DNA of 63,224 nucleotides, filler included, from Craspedostauros australis (Eukaryota): NCBI GenBank assembly GCA_030167865.1. It is 7 parts of 7 records of this genome, joined end to end, with 100 filler letters (N's around TTAATTAATTAA, not from the genome) between each part and the next. Parts side by side here need not be neighbours in the genome. Positions count along the whole stretch, not along the records: positions 59,335 to 63,224 come from JALAGF010006667.1; 6 more parts are not named here. One strand, 5' to 3'. Shown piece by piece: positions 60,066 to 63,224 of this stretch (position 1 is its first letter; each line of letters starts with the position of its first letter). The notes under the pieces were generated by a model. It saw only the letters and a program-made list of their open reading frames with translations, ran no database searches and was not told where the DNA came from. The position numbers and the translations under genes were made by a program.

Positions 60066-60080
60066 TTAGGGTTAGGGTTT

Positions 60081-60314
60081 AAATAAACCATAAGCTGAAT
60101 TATGCTAGTGCTATGGTTTGGCTAAACACAACTTGCTGTTTTGAGTCGTACCGCGATTAAATAAACCATAACCTGATTAATGCTAGTGCTATGGTTTGGC
60201 AAATCACCACTCGCTGTTATGAGTCATACCACAATGAAATAAACCATAACCTAATTAATGCTAGTGTTAGTGTTTGGCTGAACACAACTCCCTGTTTTGA
60301 GACGTACCACAACG
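60081..60314 (+). repeat. Three 78-bp tandem repeats
   Basis: Units begin AAATAAACCATAA at 60081, 60159 and 60237. Confidence 0.9.
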
Positions 60315-60399
60315 TGGTGAATAATCACCTTGCGGTGTGATTTGTGTATCCAGATGTCAGTTTCACCATTCGTAATGATCAGAAGGCTGTTCAATGCAC

Positions 60400-62810
60400 C
60401 TGTAGCGGTCAGTGTGTATTGCTTGTTTGTAGTAGCTGTGTGTAGTGGTTGTTGTGGGCATGTGTGCATGTGCTGGATGTAGTGAGTGTCTGTAGTGGTC
60501 TGTGTGTGTGTGTGTGTTGCTTGTTTGTAGTAGCTGATTGTAGTGGATGACTGCTTGAATGTGAGCAGGACTATGTATTGCTAGTAGTGCTCATTTCTGC
60601 CAGCTTGCATCATCCACATCTTGTTGTGTAGTGGTGAGTGTTTGGCAGTAGATGTACCAGTGTGTGAGTGTGTGAGTGTGTGAGTGTGTGAGTGTGTGTG
60701 TATGTGTTGTGGCTGGTTGTACCATGTGGCAGTGTGTGTGTATGTGTGTATGTGTTGTGGCTGGTTGTACGGTGTGGCAGTGTGTGTGTGTGTGTGTGTG
60801 AGCACGTGGATGTGTGAGTATCACAGTTGATGGTGTTGGCTTCCCCCTCCTCCCCCACAAGTCAGCCATTTCATGGGACTTGTGCCATCCTCCAGTAGTT
60901 GGAATGGTGTTGACAGATAGTTCATTGTGGGTTGACTGTTGCATCACGGTCTCACCTGTTGTTGTGTGTTGTGGCTGGTTGTACGGTGTGGCAGTGCATG
61001 TGTGTGTGTGTGTGTGAGCATGTGGATGTGTGAGTATCACAGTTGATGGTGTTGACTTCCCCCTCCTCCCCCACAAGNNNNNNNNNNNNNNNNNNNNNNN
61101 NNNNNNNNNNNNNNNNNNNNNNNNNNNGTGTTGACAGATAGTTCATTTGATGTTGACTGTTGCATCACGGTCTCACGTGTTGTTGTGTGTTGTGGCTGGT
61201 TGTACCGTGTGACTGTGTGTGTGTGTGAGCACGTGGATGTGTGAGTATCACAGTTGATGGTGTTGACTTCCCCCTCCTCCCCCACAAGTCAGCCATTTCA
61301 TGGGACTTGTGCCATCCTCCTGTAGTTGGAATGGTGTTGACTTCCCCCTCCTCCCCCACAAGTGAGCCATTTCATGGGACTTGTGCCATCCTCCAGTAGT
61401 TGGAATGTGTTAACAATAGTTCATTTGATGTTGACAGATAGTTCATTTGCCATTGACAATGTTCATCTGCCATTAACGATGTTCATCTCACATTGACCAT
61501 GTTCATCTCACATTAACATTGTTGCACGTGTTATCACATGTTGTTTGTGTTGTACTCATGCATCACTATCTCCATCACCAAGTTGATTCACAGTATGGTT
61601 CTTGTTGTCACATGTGTGTATGGACATGGTGAACATGTGTGTGTGCTTACATGTACATGGCACTGTGTATTGCAAGTACTGGTTGATGTTGAGTACTTTG
61701 ATCATCGATATCTCACGTTGTAGTGGTCCGTTCAAGATGGTAGAAGTGTTGACAGGTACGTATGGACGTGGTGTGGCTGTGTGTACACACAGATGTACGT
61801 GAACATGTGTTCATCATGGTGTAGCGCTGTGTACATGTTTAACACGGTGTATCGCGTAGCTCGTAGTATCTCGTGTTGTTTGGGAGTTTGTACCATGTGG
61901 CAGTGTGTGTGTGTGTGTGTGAGCACGTGGATGTGTGTGTGAGCACGTGGATGTGTGAGCATCACAGTTGATGGTGTTGACTTCCCCTTCCTCCCCCACA
62001 AGTCAGCCATTTCATGGGACTTGTGCCATCCTCCTGTAGTTGGAATGTGTTAACAATAGTTCATTTGATGTTGACAGATAGTTCATTGTGTGTTGACTGT
62101 TGCATCACGGTCTCACGTGTTGTTGTGTGTTGTGGCTGGTTGTACTGTGTGACAGTGTGTGTGTGTGTGTGAGCATGTGGATGTGTGAGTATCACAGTTG
62201 ATGGTGTTGACTTCCCCCTCCTCCCCCACAAGTCAGCCATTCCATGGGACTTGTGCCATCCTCCAGTAGTTGGAATGGTGTTGACTTCCCCCTCCTCCCC
62301 CACAAGTCAGCCATTTCATGGGACTTGTGCCATCCTCCTGTAGTTGGAATGTGTTAACAATAGTTCATTTGATGTTGACAGATAGTTCATTTGCCATTGA
62401 CAATGTTCATCTGCCATTCACCATGTTCATCTCACATTAACATGGTTGCACGTGTTATCACATGTTGTTTGTGTTGTACTCATGCATCACTATCTCCATC
62501 ACCAAGTCGATTCAGAGTGTGGTTCTTGATGTCACATGTGCGTACGGGCATGGTGATCATGTGTGTGTGCTTACATGTACATGACACTGTGTATTGCAAG
62601 TACTGGTTGATGTTGAGTACTTTGATCATCAATATCTCACGCTGTAGTAATCCGTTGAAGATGGTAGAAGTATTGATGTGTGTGTATGGACACGTTGCGT
62701 GTGTGTGTACACATAGATGTACGTGAACATGCCTTCATCATGCTGTAGCGTGCTGTACATGTTTAACACGGTGTATCGCGTGGCTCGTAGTATTTCGTGT
62801 TGTTTGGGAG
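60400..62810. repeat. Subtelomeric compound satellite: (GT)n tracts, ~75-bp C-rich hairpin units and a ~950-bp higher-order duplication
   Basis: GATGGTGTTGACTTCCCCCTCCTCCCCCACAAGTCAGCCATTTCATGGGACTTGTGCCATC recurs about seven times; 61420-61880 recurs at 62370-62810. Confidence 0.9.
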
Positions 62811-62860
62811 TCGCGGATGATGAACATTCGTCCGCACTATTGGGGAGTTGCGGATCATCG

Positions 62861-63100
62861 ACATTTTCCATACATTTACGTCTGTACGTCGACCGTACGT
62901 GTATATGTGCCCATACAAACGTCTGTACGTCGTCCGTCAGCGGACCCAAACATCGGTCTGACCGTCGAACGTGGGGTTGCGGAACATGAACATTTTCCAT
63001 ACAAAAACGTCCGTCCTTCGACCGTGTGTATTGCGTGCCCATACAAACGTCTGTACGTCGTCCGTCAATCGACCCAAACTTCGGTCTGACCGTCGTACGT
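62861..63100. repeat. Two ~129-bp CpG-rich telomere-adjacent repeats
   Basis: ACATTTTCCATACA...TCGGTCTGACCGTCG at 62861 and 62990. Confidence 0.85.
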
Positions 63101-63161
63101 CGCCGTGTTAAATCCTCGTACATTAGGGTTTGATTGGTTGCACCTGCGGACACTCAAATCC

Positions 63162-63224
63162 GGGTTAGGGTTAGGGTTAGGTTAGGGTTAGGGTTAGGGT
63201 TAGGGTTAGGGTTAGGGTTAGGGT
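63162..63224 (+). repeat. Telomere (TTAGGG)n
   Basis: About ten perfect units running to the sequence end, G-rich strand 5'->3' outward. Confidence 0.97.

Noticed and set aside
60081..62350. CRISPR-like array
   Set aside because: No unique spacers and no cas genes; eukaryotic satellite context.

Overview
Eukaryotic DNA, almost certainly a diatom: it has a silicon transporter, spliceosomal GT-AG introns and a (TTAGGG)n telomere. It is not one continuous locus. Six artificial 100-bp linkers (N44-TTAATTAATTAA-N44) join seven contigs, so adjacency across linkers means nothing. Contig 1: the 3' end of a Ty1/copia element, two tandem ER-retained 2OG-Fe(II) oxygenase-ankyrin paralogs and a GT47 glycosyltransferase. 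Contig 2: an unusual tyrosine-recombinase (DIRS-like) retrotransposon. Its gag-like ORF carries an RNase H1-type hybrid-binding domain. Its pol has a degenerate C5-DNA-methyltransferase-like N-terminus and an HCDD reverse transcriptase. Its recombinase carries a PHD-like finger, and gag and pol lie in one frame separated by single stops. This is the best candidate for an undescribed system. Contig 3: an ankyrin/coiled-coil/BTB gene with DARPin-like variable repeats, and a tRNA-like relic. Contig 4: two STAND-type ATPase genes flanking a multi-layer nest of LTRs with readable target-site duplications. Contig 5: a collapsed SIT locus. Contig 6: NF-YC, calreticulin, a DUF4097-like gene and duplicated secreted RXL/KxxK/Cys-repeat proteins. 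Contig 7: a chromosome end with a truncated gene, subtelomeric satellites and the telomere. All domain calls come from motif recognition by eye; no searches were run.
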